A stretch of DNA of 46,773 nucleotides, counting the filler, from Streblomastix strix (taxonomy: Eukaryota), in NCBI GenBank assembly GCA_008636045.1. It is 2 parts of 2 records of this genome, joined end to end, with 100 filler letters (N's around TTAATTAATTAA, not from the genome) between each part and the next. Parts side by side here need not be neighbours in the genome. Positions count along the whole stretch, not along the records: positions 23,441 to 46,773 come from SNRW01000290.1; 1 more part is not named here. One strand, 5' to 3'. The position numbers and the translations under genes were made by a program. Shown here piece after piece: positions 23,441 to 36,480 of this stretch. How positions within the stretch are numbered: the stretch's first letter is position 1; each line of letters opens with the position of its first letter. The notes under the pieces are model-generated. The model saw nothing but the letters and a program-made list of their open reading frames with translations. It did no database searches and was not told the DNA's origin.

Positions 23441-24009
23441 CAATTATTAATATATAATTATAAATTTATTAGTGTTTTTAAAGTGTTTGACAGAAGAGAA
23501 CTTGTTAAACAAGGAATTTAATGTTCAGTAATTTGCATCAAAATTCAGCAGGATCTACAAATAATTTTGTTGTAATTGTTATTTATCTCTATTCATTTTT
23601 TGCATATGTATAAAAATTATACTTAGAATAAGAGAAGTGGTTCACTACCTATAAGAAGAATGATGAACCAAAAAATTTGATTTGGAATTCATCAATAAAC
23701 TACATCAATCTAAAATAGTTTTTCATTTAAAATTATTAATTTAATTATTTATGTTTATTTGATAGGATTATTCAGTACTCGTATATGATATATAGAATTT
23801 TTAACAATTAAGCCACCTTTAGAATTATTGCAAATTCAAAGATTTGGAATTTTTTATTTTTATTTTTAGCTTTTCCAGCTTTCCATATAAAATTGATTTT
23901 AACATTTTTAATTGTTATTTTATTTGTATTAGATAATTTTTTATTTTATTTATAAAGAATATCATAGAATTCCAAGAAATTTCATTGTCCTTACTCTTTC
24001 CAATCAATT

Positions 24010-27000
24010 TCAGTTTTACCATTTAAGCCAATCAAGGAATTATTAACCATTTGCTTCCCAAAATTCTTTATTCTTTTTCATATTCTTCATTATATATTCA
24101 GATGTATCTGGAAGAATACTTTTAATATTCGAATCAAGAAATTATTCCATCTCATTCATTTCATTCTCATCAATCAGAACAACATTTTTCACCATAACAG
24201 TAAGAATAAATTTCATATTGTTAATATCATCCACTCTATTCAATAATCTCTTATAATTATTATATTCTCCATTCTCATCTTTATTTTTAAACCAAAACCT
24301 GAATTAAGTTGATGAAAGATGAGTTAAACACATTATAGCATCAGATATTTAATTTTTATTAATTCCAATATTTTAATCTTCTTAAATAAGAAGTTTAAGA
24401 TTCTCTTAATAAAGTTATTGAGATGTAGAACGAAATAGAGAATATAATATATTGAATTTTGATTGATCTGATATAAGTGATGATTAATTATGATATATTG
24501 ATAAAAGTGATTTATAACGTTTTAATTCAATGGAAATATCTTTTTAAGATATTTATTCAGATTATTATTACTATGAAGAAGAAGAAGAAGATTGTTAATT
24601 AGTATTAATTAGAGAAGGAAAAGATGCAGAACATGCAATTGACCAAAACAAATCAGGATTTATTTACTTAATAATATTTGCTAATTTATCATCATAATAT
24701 TTTCTCTCTTTCTATTTGTCTAAAAATTTTGGAATCTTTTATTTTGTATTATTATCTTCCTCTTCCTCTTCCTCCTCCTCTTTTTCTTCTTCTTCTTCTT
24801 AATCTTCATAATAGTATTCATATTCATCATCATCTTCTTCTTTCTTCTTTTATTCTAATTCATCCTTATTCATTTATTCTAATTCTTCATTCTTCTTTAA
24901 TTCTAATTCATCTTTTTTTCTTTTTTTCTAATTCATCTTTTTTCTTTTATTCTAATTCTTCATTCTTCTTTTATTCTAATTCATCATTTTTCTTTTATTC
25001 TAATTCTTCATTCTTCTTTTATTCTTCAATTATTTCTTACATCTTTTAATCATTACATAAATATCAAGGAGCAATAAATGGAAGAATCTTCTAATCAAAC
25101 ATCTTCTCATATTTTTCAATTACAAATCTATCTTCAGTTTCAAATAATAATCCATATAGATATTAACTTGGTTTAAAATCATCTTCTCTATAAATCAAAT
25201 TATTAACCTTCTTATTATTAATAAACAATCTTCTCTCATAATCAATTCGTTTATTAACAAATTTAGAAATTAGTTTATTAATTGAAGATAAATATGATTA
25301 AATTTTATTTTATAAAACATTTTCTTAATTCTCCTCTTTAATTGAAATAATTTATTTTGTTCTCACTATTCCTTTAATTCCTTAAATAATAACTGATAAA
25401 TTACTTCTTATTTTTATAACAATATCTTTAAATATTTAATCTTCTTCTAAATAAGATGTTTTTAATGCGAATTATAAGAATGATATGAAAAAGAAACACG
25501 AATTTGGATTAATCTAAAATAATGAATAAAGATCTTTTTTAAATCTCATTTCTATCAATTAATGACAATGATTATCTTTATTATTGATTCTAATTTACTA
25601 ATTAAATATTTCCATCATTAGAAATTTCATCAGTTAGAGCATCCATAATCCATTAATCTTCATAATATACCCTATAATATCCTTTCTAATCTTAATTCAA
25701 TTTAATCCAAAGAAGTTTCTTATCTGGATCTGGAGGAATGATTTATAATTCCATTTACTTTTATTCAAGTTCAATATTAATATAATTAACTTCATTAATT
25801 CCTTCCCACTTAACAATAACTGTTATTGGAATCCACCAAATGGTTTATTTATCTTCATCTATTTGAATTTAATCTTCTTTCTCTTTCATTTTCTCTTTTG
25901 AAATATTTTAATTTGATAAATTTTGTGTATATTCTTCTAATTGAATGGTAATTATTTCAATTAAAATATTCTCAAATTATTTTTTCTTTTTTCTTTTTAT
26001 TCTTTTACAATAACCAGAGGATAACTTTAAACTTCAAGCCATGATTTCATTTTGAGAGGAAGATCTTACATGCCAGATGCTTCAATTAATGCTTCTTATA
26101 GAACAGCTGTTGTTGCATTTCCATATTAATGCTTTTATAAATAATTTCTGATTCCTTTCTTAAAATTTTCTTCTCCAATTTTATCGTGAAACATTTTAAT
26201 AATAACTCCTGCTTTAGAATAACTAATATTATCAAAAATTGAATCGTCATCTTTAGCTTAAACTATTGGACATATTATTGGATGCGTTTCATCTTCTTAT
26301 GTATCAAATTCAAGAGCTGGATTTAGATGTAATAAATTAAAGCTGATATTCCATATATCTTAATTTGATTATAATTTGTCTTGGACATAACTTGCAAAAA
26401 AGACAGCAAATCCTGATGTAATTAAATTGAATGATATAAATAATATAAATAAATATTATACATTTATTACAATATATATTAAAATCCATTTTTTAATACT
26501 ATTAATATTATTAATTCTATTAATAAAAATATTTATTATTAAGCTAATCATTTAATAAAAAAATCTTTAATGAGCAAACCCTCATTAAGATAAAGCTCGT
26601 TCCACCATACCATTGTGACAAAGTTCCCAAACCAATAATGTGCAAATTCATGAAATATTGTATTTGCAATCCCAAACTTTTCAGAATAGCTGCTTTAGTA
26701 ATCAATTAATAATGTTTACTATTAATATAAATAAATATTAAAAATATTCAAATAAATAATTTTATTATAAAACCTTTAAGAATGTTATCTATTATATTAC
26801 TCATTAAATATAAATATAAAATTATATGAATTATAATAATATAAAATAAAATAAAACTATCAATAACCAGAATAAATTAAAAATATCATACAAGACCCCA
26901 ATTTTCCTTAAAATCGTTGATTAAATATAAAATAAATAATATAATTAATAAATAATAGTTTATAATTGTAAATAAATAAAATAATATAATAATTAATAAT

Positions 27001-28011
27001 ACCATTGCACCTGCTTTCAGTTTAGGAACAACAATTAAATCTATCTTTGGAAGTGGAATTGGTATTTATGTATATTCAGTTAATATTTAAATTGCTTTAT
27101 ATACTAATGTTAGAGAATATAATGCTTACAATTTCATTCCTTTTTCAGTATAAATACGAATTGGTACACTTTCATAAAATCCCTCAATATATTCAAATTC
27201 TCCAACAACCCAAGCAACTTAATAAAAAAAACAATTAATAATATTATAATATTAAATATATTATAATATATAATATATTAAAAATATATCAAACTTTTTT
27301 TTATCATAAATTTTTTTAATTTTTTTAATTTTTTTTAATTTTCATTGAAAAATTTAAATTTTACAGTAATTTAAATAATAATATACCTATATAAGTAGAC
27401 AGTTTTGGAGTTTGTTAAAATATTGTCTTTGTCCATTTTCCTTCTTCACCTAAACCAGTATTCATTGATTATACTGGCATAATAGAAACAGCTATTTTAT
27501 CACATGTATGTAATATTTAAATTGTAAATATAGCTTTAGAATTTGGTTAATCTACACATGGAAATGCTAATCTAGCAAATGTTGGTTCAAATTTGGTAGA
27601 ACACATCCGTTTTCCCCCTTAATATGATCCATAATGGCCAATAGGAGAATTTTTCAGTTTGTATGTGAAATCAAGTTCGAGTTTCAATTCTTCTTCAGGA
27701 AGAGTACTTTCAAATGTAAATAAGTAAGTGTTTGTATTTTCATTGTTTTAGACTTTGATTTCACTATTTTCTTCAGCTGCTATAATTTCACCACTCAAAT
27801 TAAGAAGTTTTGAATTTGATATGATCATATCTTAAGCATTAAGTTCCACAAAAATGGTAGGGTGATGAACTACAAACGAATATATTAAATGACCTTAAAT
27901 AATCTCTGAATCAACATTACTTCCATCTCCATCAACGAGTCGAGTAACATCAAGATCAAGATTATAAGCAAATGGTAGTCCAGAAACAGTTGAAATAACT
28001 TCACGATTCAT
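24010..28011 (-). CDS. M1-family zinc aminopeptidase (aminopeptidase N / puromycin-sensitive type), spliced
   Basis: [57 protein letters not shown]. Introns 27218-27386, 26907-27002, 26789-26891, 26719-26773, 26413-26579; ends ...FLDWLKWQN TGA. Confidence 0.93.
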
Positions 28012-28938
28012 ATCTATTGAATTATGAGAAAAAATAAATTTCAAATTCAGTTTTATAAATTGTTATGTTATTTATCAGTGTTTTGATTTATAAGATGAAT
28101 ATTGAATATAAATGATTGTGATAAATATCACTTATGTGAATACATTATTTATCTAGGGTTGCCGTCCACGGCATGGTACCCATCTCCAATTGGCATATGT
28201 TATATATCAAAATAATCATCTATATATACACATTAATAATATATATATTATTATTTGCACAAATGATATGTCCCTCAGCAAGTATCCTTATCTTTAATTT
28301 TTATTTTAATTTTTAATTTTATATGTTTATTAACTTATTTGAATAAATTACAATTACCATTATTCAACAGTTTACTTCAAATAAAATTATTATTATTATT
28401 TGCTAATTCTTTTATGTATCATAAGTTTTTTTTTTAATATAATTGATAATTTAATATACATATATTCAAACTAAATTCTAACATATATACATATAATTCT
28501 GATTATTTGTTGATGCAGTTTAGATTTTATTATTTTTTTTTCTTCTTTCAATTTTTTCAGCATAAAGTAAAACCCTATTTTTGAAATATCATATATTTAT
28601 TCTTACCCACAGAACTCTGACCGACCCACCCAGCCAAAACCCTCTGGGTCAATTTGGCATCCCCAATAATTAATTGAAATATTATTTAAAATTTTACTAT
28701 TTAGCAGAATATTATTCAAAATAAAGGAAAAATATAAAGTAAAATTATTCTATAAAACTCTCGCTCCAACCCCACCATAGCATTTGCGCAACTAATAATA
28801 TATATTATTAATATAACCAGCAAGCTGATTATACTGCAGACCAACTGCTCGTTCAAACGAGCCTCGTTTTTATTTGAGTACAGAGTGCCATTATGGGTTT
28901 AGCCTTTTTAACCGTTGCATCCGTAAAATTAGGTATCT

Positions 28939-30165
28939 ATGAGTCGCACCAGGAGAAGCAGACGTGAAAATTAAGACCTCAACAACATAGACGATTCCAG
29001 TCATTCCGAAGATATCGACCAACGCTCGAGAGTGACAATTCCGTTATAACGTTTTATTGAGGCCGCAGAAGTAAATTCTGAAGACGACAGTAACTATGCT
29101 TAGTCTGAGCATTCAGAAATAACAGATGCTCGAAGTACATCATCAGAATATGATTCTGGGGATCAAGAAATCGCACAATAAGTTTTAGTGCCTCGTAGGC
29201 GCCAACGCGATGACTTATATGAATTTTCAGAATCAGATTAAATTGAATCTGATGATAGCCTATCAGTTCCTGGTAGATAGCGAAGACGACTCAACTCAGA
29301 TGTGGAAGACGAACAATCTGAAGAGAAAGATGAAAAGTCTGACGAGCGTGCACCTTCACCTTAGGACTAAACCATGAAAGATGTATTAAAGAAGCTTGCA
29401 CCTACTCCAAAAAGGAAGTAAAGAGACAATTAGAGGGCTGCAATTCAACTGATCGAAGCAAGAATGCATTAAAAAGCAAAACATTATGATGCGCTAAATC
29501 CGGACATTGATGAAGACAGAATTAAAGCATTGCATGAAAAATCGAAGATTGATCTAACGCCTTTAATAATTAGGGATTAACCAGTACTTGTGGAATCTGA
29601 AAATAATGAGCTTCATGGCGCAATGCTTAAAAATTTAACTTCAGCCTAGAGAACTTTAGCGTCAGCATTAATCGCTATTTGCGAAGAAGGAAAGGAAGCA
29701 GCTACAGAAAAGATTCTAGACGCGCTGGAACTGGTAGCAAAAGCAACCTCTGAAGGTTAGTAACTCAGGAAACAAGCATTATATTATGGCAATCCTCGAT
29801 TATCCTCGACTCGTCCACCAGCTTCGGCAGCCTTGTCCCATTAAGAGCTTAAATAATTCCGTGAAGATCGTTCTGTTAGTGGTTCTTAAACTAGACGAGG
29901 AAGAAGATTCGGATCCTTTGGGCGCGGACGCGGAAACTTAAGAAGTAGAAGAGGCCGTAGAAGTTACCCACCTAGAAAATGAATCTCGATGTCACCTGAC
30001 AAGTCATCTAATTATTCATCAAATCACTCAGTTGAACAATAAACCACACCCGAACTAAATTAATTAGAATTGAATTTTTATAGATATAATCTGAGAAATA
30101 AAAAGGAAAAATAATACAAGTTAAGAAACTAGGAAGATGAAGAGCCCCCTGACGAAGGCATTTGA
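28939..30165 (+). CDS. DIRS ORF1 (gag-like)
   Basis: ATG 28939; acidic N-terminus, helical core, RG-rich tail. First TGA at 29980-29982; the same frame stays open to TGA 30163-30165, so the first may be premature. Confidence 0.75.
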
Positions 30166-32215
30166 GTAAATTGGAGGTAAATTGCAAGCGTTCAGCCAAG
30201 CGTGGGATAAAATAGGATCTCTAGATCTTATGCGTTAAGGAGCTCAAGCTAATTGGCTACATTCCTATAGTAAGAATCTGTTGTATAAGAGCAAACAGAT
30301 AAAAGAATTCAAAGGAAATAGAAAAGAAGAGGAGTTATTCCACAAGGCTCTTTAAGAAGAGATAGACTAAGGAATTGTTATAGAAGTCAATCCGCAGTCA
30401 GTAAAGTACTTGAATAAAACATTTATCATTCCAAAGAAAGATGGACGAATTAGAAAAATTCTCGATTGTAGACAAGTAAATCAATAATTGGGAGATCTAA
30501 AGTATAAAAGCGAGGACTTTAGAACAGTATATAACATTGCTCAAAGAGGCGATTACGGAACAACTCTAGATATAAGTAGCGCTTATAACCATATTCTAGT
30601 ATCGGACGAACTCTAATAATTCCTAGCATTTCAATTCAAAGGGAAAACATACACTTATCGAGGGATGCCATTTGGCCTGAAGACAGCACCGTTTATTTTC
30701 CACAAGCATTTGTTACCAGCTATAACATGAATGAGAGAAGAAGGAATTCGGGTAGTGGTTTTCTTCGACGATATTCTCCTCCTCGATTAAGAAAAAGATA
30801 AATTAAGAATGAAAACGTCAAGAGCAATTCAAATCTTGCAAGAATTAGGATGGACATTGAGTAAAAAGTCATAAACAAACCCATCTCACATAGTTAGTTA
30901 CCTCGGTTGGGTTTGGAATTTTAACGAGTTAACTATTCAAATGCCTTAAGAGAGAAGGAAGAAAATGATTAAGCAATTGCTAAATTGGAGCCATAAATCA
31001 ATGAGAAGATAAACAACATCAGCAAGGAATCTGTCAAAAATGCTAGGAAGAATGATATACTTGAAACCATAAATTCGTAGAGCATCTCTCCATATGAAGA
31101 ATCTTTATAAAACTCTGAGTAAGGCAATTAATAATAATAAAGATTGGAATAGCATGTTGGAATTATAACCAAAACTCCTAAAAGAATGGTAATGGTGGAT
31201 TAAAGAAGTAAAGATTAATTATCCAACTCCATTTCAATAAATTCCAACTCAAGCAGTCCTCACGACAGATGCTTCCAAAAGAGGTTGGGGCTCGACATTA
31301 ACAATTAACAGTAATAATAAAATGTTAACATGCGCAGGGAAATGGTCTAAGAAATGGAAATTGACTTCTAGTAATTAGAGAGAACTCGCTGCAGTACATT
31401 GCGCAATACGCAGATTCGCAAAGAAATTAAAGAAGGAAAAAATCCGTTCGCTGCACTTGCAGACGGATAATACCACAACAAGCTTTAATATAAATCGCCA
31501 GAATTCCTCTAGATCTCTCGCGAACCTGACAGATCGCACTCTCTTGCTTCTAGAATAGATGCAAATTCAAATACAAGCAACATATTTACCAGGAGAACAG
31601 AATATAACAGCAGATGCATTGTCCCGATTGAATGGAGCAGGCGACTATCACCTGGAAAGTAAGATATTTATACAATTAATCAACTAAGCTAAATTTCCAG
31701 CTACAATCGATCTTTTCGCTAATAAAGAGAATAAACTGTTAAAAAGATATTGCACAACACAAATCGATAAAGAAGCAGTAGCACGGGATGCATTCAGCAT
31801 CTCGTGGAAAAACGAATACCCAATAATTCATCCACCAATACCAGTAATTGGAAGATGTTTAGAAATAATTAAATAGGATAAGATATCAGCACTAATGATT
31901 CTCCCGAAATGGACAAGTTAATACTGGTGGCCGATATTGATGCAAATGGCGAGCTAAATCTATTCTCTAGGAAACTCGGGTCAAGTCCTTAAGAACGGCC
32001 CAATAGCTAATCGTAAGGGCTGGGCGTTACCACCAGGAGAAATTATAGCTGTTTAGATATAATAAGATAAAGAGGTTTAGATGGAGAAAGACTTTACAGA
32101 TAAGCATTAATATCATGTGGAGCAACCAACTAAACAATAGAAAATTAAATAAAATAATTACAAGGAAGTTGGAGAAGACATTAATAAGGACTGGGATATG
32201 TCGCCTAGTACATAA
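30137..32215 (+). pseudogene. DIRS reverse transcriptase - RNase H - adenine methyltransferase-like ORF (one in-frame TGA at 30728)
   Basis: IGGKL, FIIPKKDGRIRKILDCR, LDISSAYNH, GMPFGL, VFFDDIL, YLGW; RH TDASKRGWG, NQRELAA, TDN, NITADALSR; MT IDLFA, DAFSISW, HPPIP. Confidence 0.92.
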
Positions 32216-33157
32216 AAAACATAAGAAATAAATGCATAAGAATTAAAAGATTTGAAATAACCTTAAATATTGATATTAAATTTCATTGAATGGCAAAGAG
32301 AATAAGAAGCATCATCAGCATGCATCATAAATTCTAAAGCAGCTTTATCAACTTTATTAATTGCAATAGGACATTAATAAGGATAAATTTATAATAATAC
32401 AACTGCAAACGCAGTCAAAATAGATAGAAGAAACACAGCCAAGAAAATTAAAGACCAGGAAACTTATAATGTAGATTAAATATTAAATTATATTCGTTAA
32501 AGAGTAGAATCAGATTAAATCTTATCTGAATTAGAAATATAAGCAATCACACTCACCATTATCATGATTGTTACTACCAGAAGAATGTCAGAAATTTAAA
32601 GATGTCAATTAAATTAGTCAGAAACCACATCAGATATTATTAAACTTGAATCAGATATATATAAAATTGGTGGCGCACCAATTCAACTTACATTAAAAAG
32701 AGCTAAAGATAGTCGAGTTTGTCCTGTAACATGGTTCAAGAAATGGTGGTAATATCAGCAATAAAGAAGTGTTGATGGAAAGTATCTGTGGTGGAATTTC
32801 CAGAAACAAACTACTGCATCTGCAGATTATTGCTCAAGATAAGCAAAATAAATTATTGCTGCAGCAGGTGAGAAAAGAAAATTCAGAATAACTGAATTAA
32901 GATCAGCGTCAATAACAAAAGCAATTGATTCTGGCATTCCAATGTAAGCCATAAATTCCTGGTCTGTTCATTCTGACGCTAACAAAACTCTTTAACGATA
33001 TTACTTCAGAGCTAACAGTGATCAAATAATAGATGCAGTGTTAGCCCCAAAATAGGTATACCAATTCTTTCAATTACCGGTACTCAAATAAAAACGAGGC
33101 TCGTTTGAACGAGCAGTTGGTCTGCAGTATAATCAGCTTGCTGGTTATACATGCTGA
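32080..33157 (+). pseudogene. DIRS tyrosine recombinase (1-nt frameshift near 32215)
   Basis: GERLYRQAL...GSWRRH in frame 1, then frame 2: TTRRMSEI, VCPVTWF, ITELRSASIT, WSVHS, TLQRYY; TGA 33155-33157. Confidence 0.85.
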
Positions 33158-33186
33158 TCAACAGCGAGTTCAAACGAGCATCGTTT
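33080..33186. repeat. DIRS internal complementary region (ICR)
   Basis: 33080-33149 is the reverse complement of 28812-28881 (70 nt); 33148-33186 is the reverse complement of 33559-33597 (39 nt). Confidence 0.93.
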
Positions 33187-34173
33187 CCCACCACTAATTA
33201 AATCGCTAACCATAAATAATAACACAATTTAATTTAATCCCACCCATAATTTATTTAGAATTTAGATGCAAACGCTACTTAAGTGAAAAAACCGAAGCAC
33301 AAGCGTAGTGCAAGCAAGGTTAGCAGGAAGAAGAAATGAAGATGCAAATGCTGATGGGCAAGAGACCGACGTAACTTTAACAAACGAGCAAAGATGAGAT
33401 CTTCCCTACCTAAGAATAGGAGGGTTTCGTCTCCAAAAATAAGATAAAAGAAATAAAATTTATTAAATTTTGAACTTATTTTAAAAGCTTTGTATTTTAA
33501 CATTTCACGGATGCTTGGGTTAAGGCTAAACCCATAATGGCACTCTGTACTCAAATAAAAACGATGCTCGTTTGAACTCGCTGTTGATCAGCATGTAAAA
33601 TTTTATTAATCTTTAGATAAAATCAAAAAATACGTTAAATTAATAATAAAAGTAATAGCAAATTATTATTTAAAGGTAGCATGCGCAAAAATTAGGAATA
33701 AATTAATTGAGTAATACATTCTACGATTAATGTATTTTGGGAAAATAATTGTAAAAATAAAAAAATATATTTTTATTGTGTAATGTTCAATGAAACAGTA
33801 GAAAGTTCGCTATATTAATTTATATTTGATTGATTTTATAAAATTTAAAATAAAAAAATAGAATAAATCTCATATATAGAGCAAATTTTATAAATATTCA
33901 AAAATGTATTTTTTTAGCACTAAATATGTTACTGATTGAAATCAAAATTAAATATTCTTTATAAAACTAACATAATTCAAAGGAATTAGCGCGAATTTAA
34001 GTTATACCATACAAATAACGGCAAAAATTAGTATTTTATTGATTTTTTTGATATTATACTATAAAGATTCAAACTTTTTGTTTATAATTATCTTACTTTA
34101 TTAAAATTGTACTAAAATATTAAAATATAATAATAATTTTCATCATAATACTCCATGAAACGCACAATCTATT

Positions 34174-34924
34174 TGTCGAAAACTTTGTCGAAAATTGACA
34201 TGCATATCTGAAATTTCTTGCTGCTACTAATGCTCTCATTTACAATTAAACTTCTGACTGTGAATTTCTTAATGAAGCTTCATCTTAGTATTTTTAACAT
34301 TTCATTTAACACAAGAATGCTTATAAGTGTCAGGGACAAAAATGATTTTAAATTTCTCATTTGTTTAATCCCAAATTAAATATAAATATTCAATTCCTAT
34401 AATTAGTTTAATGTTATATAATTTACTATATTATATAACTATCACATATTTATTATAACGTGATCTTTAATCTAAATGAGAATTTCTATCAATGTCGAAT
34501 TCGACAAAATTTAATTAGATGTCGAATTCGACAATGGGAAATTTCATGTAGAATTCGACATTTACATATTTTCTAACTTATAAACAAACCAGTAAACTTA
34601 TCTTTAACTATAATCTATATACGATATATATTTATCCTAATAATGACAAGAAATTAACATTATAAATACTAGAACAGGATTTAAATTTTGAAAAAGTGAA
34701 ATTTTTAAATTTTAACTTAAATTCCCTATATAAACTAATTTCAAACTTTTAAACAACATATTCATATTTAAACAACTAAAATATAAAATATACAAAATTA
34801 TATTTTAACAATTAACTGCATTTTAATTCATAATTATTTTTTTTATTTTTTATAAAAAAAATTTATTTGTCGAATTCGACAAGGTCAAAATGGCCTTAAC
34901 GAACAAATATGTCGAAAATTAACA
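34174..34924. repeat. Cluster of 14-bp palindromes TGTCGAATTCGACA
   Basis: Exact copies at 34493, 34520 and 34868; one mismatch at 34547; degenerate copies at 34174, 34186 and 34910. Confidence 0.8.
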
Positions 34925-35319
34925 GCACTATCTAAGTGTTTTCCCTAAGTATTAAAGGCGTGAGAATAAACAGATCCCAACTTTCGTATTCATTTGCTTC
35001 GATCCTACCACCAACTTTTTAGGAAATTTCATTAATAATTATAATAAAGGTGTCGATTGATCCTTTAATTCATATAAAATTAATAATTATGCATATATCC
35101 TCTAAAAAAATTCTCGCAAGGCCTTTCGGGCCCAGGGATATAATTTTCGATCAAATTTCTTTTTGTATCTTCTCATGGCTTGTGTTCCCAACTTTTATCA
35201 AAACTGAAATTAACTATTTTAAACTGCAATGCTCTTTTTCACTTACGGAAATCACTTATAAATTCAAATTTCATAATCACATTCTTATTCATATCTGACA
35301 CAGTAATTAAACAATTTTA

Positions 35320-36480
35320 TGTTTGATCTTTTAGAAAGCAAATTGATAGAAGTTACGATGTAAATTTGATATTTAAGTCTCTTTCTTATATTCCTATTTC
35401 TGCAAGCTTGATAGTAGATGAATGCTATAACGCGTAAGCAGTGAAGCCCTCTATTCAGATCTTCTTGATTAAAACGGTAAGGATTTCAAAAATTTTCGCA
35501 ACTAACTTTGATTTCCATTGTTTGATTCAAAACAGTGTAGGAAAAGTTGTTAACACTTAATAAAAATGTTCTCTTGATTGATATAACAACGTAAAGAGAG
35601 TTACATTGAGGCAAAGATTCAGTATTCCTGTTCTTTTCACTTCGTATTGTTTTAAAGCATTGGTTGTTTTGGGTTAAAAGTGTTGGTAAGGCTACGTAGT
35701 TTCCGAAATTGAAGTTTGAAAGGTTGAGATCTACGCCAGAGATCTTGGTTGTTCTCAGAAATAGAACTTTTAGAAATATTGACACAAATTTGATATAATG
35801 ATCCTAGTTTTATATTATGTCATCTGTTGGTTATGTTGTCCAGTGGTTAAATAATATTTCAATATCCTATACATAAGTGTATCTTCTTGTTTGTACATTA
35901 CAATTTGAGATCGCTCTATAGGTTAGTGCTGATGGAGTATCATGCATTGGTTCTCGATCAAAGATAAGCTATAGCATTATTTTAACACACGACTGTTTGT
36001 TAAGCGAGGATTTGTGAGTCTTGTGCTGGCCTGTGAACCATGCCATGACTTCTGGTATTATAAATCCTGGTTTCATTCTTAAAACATCTTGGATTGAATA
36101 TTATTTGGACTTCATCCAGTCATCTAAGGTAGCCTGAGCGTAGTGATATCTTCTTATTGATTGAAACTTTTACCCTCCTATAAATAATGCTGAAGCATGT
36201 TTTGATAATCCTAGATCATCTAAGAATTTTGTTAATAGTTCATGTTCTCGACCAGCTACGTAACCATGAAGAAGGCTGCTATCTTGCCTGATGGGAGGTG
36301 GAGACGTTTCGCTATCATACTCAAACTCAGAATCAGGATTCGGTTCGATGGTCCAAGGATAATCCACTTGCAAATTTCTTGCAATAATGTTGTGAACTAT
36401 GATTAGTCCAGGTGTCCAAATCCCACCAAAAATTTCTGTTGTTAATTATAGCATACATGTCATTTATTTATCTTCATGAT
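35320..36480 (-). pseudogene. Degraded DIRS relic: end of MT domain and tyrosine recombinase
   Basis: ELLTKFLDDLGLSKHASALFIGGQKFQSIRRY, KLVSIFLKVLFLRTTKIS and a FTAY...HSS-like segment; many stops and frameshifts. Confidence 0.65.

Larger units (their letters stand above)
28812..33597 (+). mobile_element. DIRS1-type tyrosine-recombinase retrotransposon, full length
   Basis: Non-identical inverted terminal repeats (~28812-28929 and ~33503-33597), an internal complementary region, and gag, RT-RH-MT and YR coding regions. Confidence 0.93.

Noticed and set aside
23470..23850. Plus-strand spliced 3' gene fragment at contig start
   Set aside because: Exon-like segments are present but frame and product could not be established.
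28154..28666. Possible hAT-like MITE (TAGGGTTGCC ... GGCATCCCCA)
   Set aside because: Only 8/10 terminal match and no 8-bp target duplication.
6880..30730. TGA read as Trp (all three stops reassigned)
   Set aside because: In-frame TGAs occur in genes that also show frameshifts or other decay and at Arg/Gly as well as Trp positions. The intact aminopeptidase uses TGG for Trp and ends in TGA.
30137..33157. Natural single RT-RH-MT-YR fusion polyprotein
   Set aside because: The YR N-terminal motif lies in the other frame; a 1-nt insertion in the A-run near 32215 (mutation or sequencing error) explains the apparent fusion.
34493..34560. CRISPR-like array
   Set aside because: Eukaryotic context, only three 14-bp repeats with 13-nt spacers, and no cas genes.
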